Below, piece by piece: positions 60,651 through 64,000 of a stretch of 64,000 nt of DNA. Location: the NCBI RefSeq assembly GCF_009914755.1, contig NC_060930.1; one strand, given 5' to 3'. The stretch's first letter is position 1. Each line of letters begins with the position of its first letter. Under the pieces are notes generated by a model. The model was not told the origin of the DNA. It did no database searches and saw only the letters and a list, made by a program, of their open reading frames with translations. The translations under genes and the position numbers were made by a program. The DNA is from the human T2T-CHM13v2.0 reference genome, Homo sapiens.

Positions 60651-63516
60651 ATATTAACAAAGCATGAGCTTTGGAATGCTAATTTCTGCTATAAATAAGG
60701 ATTAAAAATGCCTTGTATCAGGAGCCTTAATAATAATAGTCAATGGATTTTCTTTTGAAATATTCCTGGATTAGTCACACAGATGATAATTTCTAATACT
60801 TAGACTCTATGTTTTACAAAGGGGGTGAATATCTTACGTACTGTCCCAGGGAAGGTGAAACTGAATAGTGGATGCAATTATCTAAATCACCAGGGCAAGT
60901 ATCTCCCTATTCCATTGAGAAGGACTATGGATCTGCTGTCACCAAGGGAAAAAAACAATTTAGCATCTGCATTAAGCAGATTATCCATTTGATCAGATTG
61001 TCCATTTCAGATTGATCAGAACCACCAAGCTACTGCTCACTTTACTGGCTAGCTCTATTTGCTCCTAAATATCACTTTGTTTCTAGGCCCTCAGACACTT
61101 GTCAATATGCTAACAACACATCCAGTCATGTGTTGGACACTCTATCTGCCCCCCTAGTTGTATTTCTGAAAAGAGAGATTTACAATTTAATACACAACTG
61201 AAATAAACCTGAAGAAATTAACATGGCTGATATTTTATTTATGGCAGAGAATCATGTTTTGAAAATACAAAATAAAATTATATTAAGTACTCATGAGCAA
61301 AGCCAGGAGCTGGTTTTACTCACCCAGGGACACCCTGTCTCCAATCCAACCTAGGCCACAGGTGACAGGGAGCAGCTCACCGAAGTCAGTTTCATTCCTC
61401 TTGACAAATTTTACAGGCATCATCTGTTTCGTTAAAGAGTTAGGGAAGCCAGGCCACAGAGGGCATCAGCGATGAATTTACAGTTCTATGAAACAAGAAA
61501 TGAACGCTCCTGTCTGACTTCATTTAACAAGAAGGCAATTTTACAAAGCACTCAGATCACGCCTACATGTTCACCATACTTTAATTCTTTGGGTGAATTT
61601 ATATAAATCCAATGGTAGATTTTAGAATAGATGGAGAGACAGACAAGAGACATAAATAAATTAATAAATAAAAGTTTGTAGAAAGCATAGCGAGAGTGAA
61701 ATGCAAGATCCGTTGAGAGTCAACCATCCAAAACCAGGGCTGCTCATGTCACTGGCTCTTGGGGAGAAGAGATGTGTGTCAAAGCCCATACATGTCAAAT
61801 GTACTGGGACCCATCACTCCTTTCTTAGCAGGAAGAGAATATTCAGCATTGGCCTAGACTAAGTCACTTGTCTGGTGATCCTGGCAGCAAATGTCAGAAA
61901 TTATTGCCCTTCACTTTATCTGTCACTGACACTTTACTGTAGTGTTTTTTCATTCTTCACCAGAGAAAAGAGAAAGTCAACTTAGTGGAGGAGGTGGGGC
62001 CATCAGGGGAACGATCGGAAATGATACACTTTTTGAAAATGATGGATTGTCCCAACTGAGTCTAAGTACTCCCTGTTCAGAACACTTGGGACAGGTTATT
62101 ATTATCCTAGCATGATTCAGAGAGGGCTCACTCCTGCCACTAACATGGAAACAAGGTGAAAGCATCTGACATTCCATCCAAGGTAGACACACCTGGCTGT
62201 GGCCACTCAGGAGTCTGCTGATGCTGAACAGATGCTGAATGAGCATCTGTTCATTTCTGTGGCCTGAAAGCTGATGCCAGCAAGCTATCTGCAGAAGGCG
62301 AATGGGAGTTTTGATTGCCACCGAGTTGGGTTAAATTTTGCAAAATTCCCTATGGCACTGAGTGGAGAGAAAATAGAGATTCCTCTCCATTGCAATGCAC
62401 TCCTTGGAAATTTAAGAAGGTAGGGGAAATACATGGAGGATATGTGATTTTCCATGGAGACCATGCAGGTGTAGGGACAATGGCCACATGTCTTAAGCTT
62501 TATTATTTCCTTCAGTAAAAATCAGTGCCAAAGAGTAGACAAAGCAATTGCCACTGAGCTCTGAGAGAGCATCCCCTGTGAGCTGCCATGAGCAGGAAAT
62601 GAAGATTGTAAATGATTCCATTAGATAAACAAGTGTACCCCAGTTTAAGAGCATAAATTGTGCAGAAGGTACATTTCGAAAAGAGTGATCAGGCTGCCCC
62701 ATTAGAGATGCTGTGTTCTCAGACTGCACTTTGTCCCTCAGAAGGAAGAGATGCAGGCAAAAAAAAAAAGGAAGGAGCACTTAAGCCACTGGTGTTCCAG
62801 GATTAACAATAGAATGTGCTCAGAAATGGTGAGCGGTAATTGGCTTGGGTCCTTGGAGTGCACTCAAGCCATGAGCATCATTTCTATAAGAGAGCCCCTC
62901 AGGTTATATGTCACCGAGTGTCCCACCTATGGCCACAGACTCTGCTTGCCACATCTCTAGGCATTCTGAAAAGGACAAAAAGAGACCCAGCTGAAAGAAG
63001 CTACAATTATTCTTGACATTTTAGAACGCACCTTTGCCATGTTCAGAATATTCTGTCACAGGCTTTAAATAAGAACTATTACAGGAGAAAGTCTGGGCAG
63101 AAGTCTCCTTTTGAAAGAGAGCTCACCTGTTTCCAGCCTTGCCTCAAATTGAAACAGATTTAACAACTGATTGAAAGGTTTTTATTTCACCCTAGTGAAA
63201 TACATTAGTAACTCCTTCTAGCTTTATGCTGGTTAACTTATGATGAAGAAATGAAATGGGGAAATACAAATTTTTTGTTAAGAGACTAGAAAGAAACAGG
63301 TCACTCAGGCTAGTATTAGGTGCAAGCTTATTAATGATATATTTTCTTCTTTATACGGCTCTGCTTTCTTCAGTTTTTCTTCAATGGGCATATGTTACTT
63401 TTATATTCAAAAAAGTTGTCAAAAAAAGAAAAAGAAAGAAAAATATTACTATTAGTCTTTAACTTGCAAAAGTAATTTTAAAAAGGCAAAATACAGTTAC
63501 TGGTTATTGTTGGCTT

Positions 63517-63554
63517 TTTTCTTTTTTCTTTTTTTTTTTTTTTTTTTTTTTTTT
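63517..63554. repeat. Poly-T tract
   Basis: Seen directly. Confidence 0.9.
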
Positions 63555-63589
63555 GGTTTATGAATGTTCAATTGCTCCAGCACCACCTG

Positions 63590-63928
63590 TTTATCTATTT
63601 TATTTTATTTTATTTTATTTTATTTTATTTTATTTTATTTTATTTTATTTTAAACAGGGCCTCATTCTATCACCAAAGCTGGAGTGCAATGGCACAATCA
63701 TACCTCACTGCAGCCTCAAATTCCTGGGCTCAGCCTCCTGCCCCAGCCCCCCAGGTAGCTGAGACTCTAGGCACATGCTTCCATGCCTGACAAATTTTTA
63801 AATTTTTTGTAGAGATGTAGTCTCATTATGTTGCCCAGGCTGGTCTTGAACTTCTGGCCTCAAGCAATCCTTCTGCCTCTGCTTCTCAAAGTGTTTGGGA
63901 TTACAGGCATGAGCCACCGTGCCTAGCC
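63590..63928 (-). mobile_element. AluJ with (TATTT)n tail
   Basis: Antisense Alu with J-type motifs and a pentamer tail at about 63596-63651. Confidence 0.92.
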
Positions 63929-64000
63929 ATGGTGATTTGCTTTGACAGGTATGTGGGTGATGTCTTTTTGTTTTTTCTTTCAACTCTTACGTAATTTTCA

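Overview
Primate nuclear DNA (catarrhine, probably human, since AluY and young L1PA copies are present). It is AT-rich, CpG-poor and dominated by interspersed repeats: Alu, L1, MaLR LTRs, mariner/Tigger/hAT fossils, MIR and L2. I find no intact protein-coding gene, no RNA gene and no prokaryotic-type system. The longer ORFs that I can recognise are L1, Alu or transposase relics, and the rest look like chance ORFs. The only gene-derived sequence is a disabled, intronless copy of ISG20L2 (DEDDh exonuclease) at about 34414-36068. Its architecture is the most unusual feature. It has no poly(A) tail and no target-site duplication (TSD), and it sits in the same orientation between two co-linear L1 ORF2 pieces that are missing about 0.7 kb between them. 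The whole L1-ISG20L2-L1 block also lacks a tail and TSD, and it abuts a truncated HSMAR2 transposon. Other notable structures are a 300-bp self-templated copy inside an L1PB, a tiny L1 with an apparent 3' transduction, a twin-primed L1PA with a large gap, a 34-bp MADE1 remnant, several fold-back palindromes and a four-tier G-quadruplex motif. Repeat subfamily names come from my recall of consensus sequences, not from a database search, and boundaries of old repeats are approximate.
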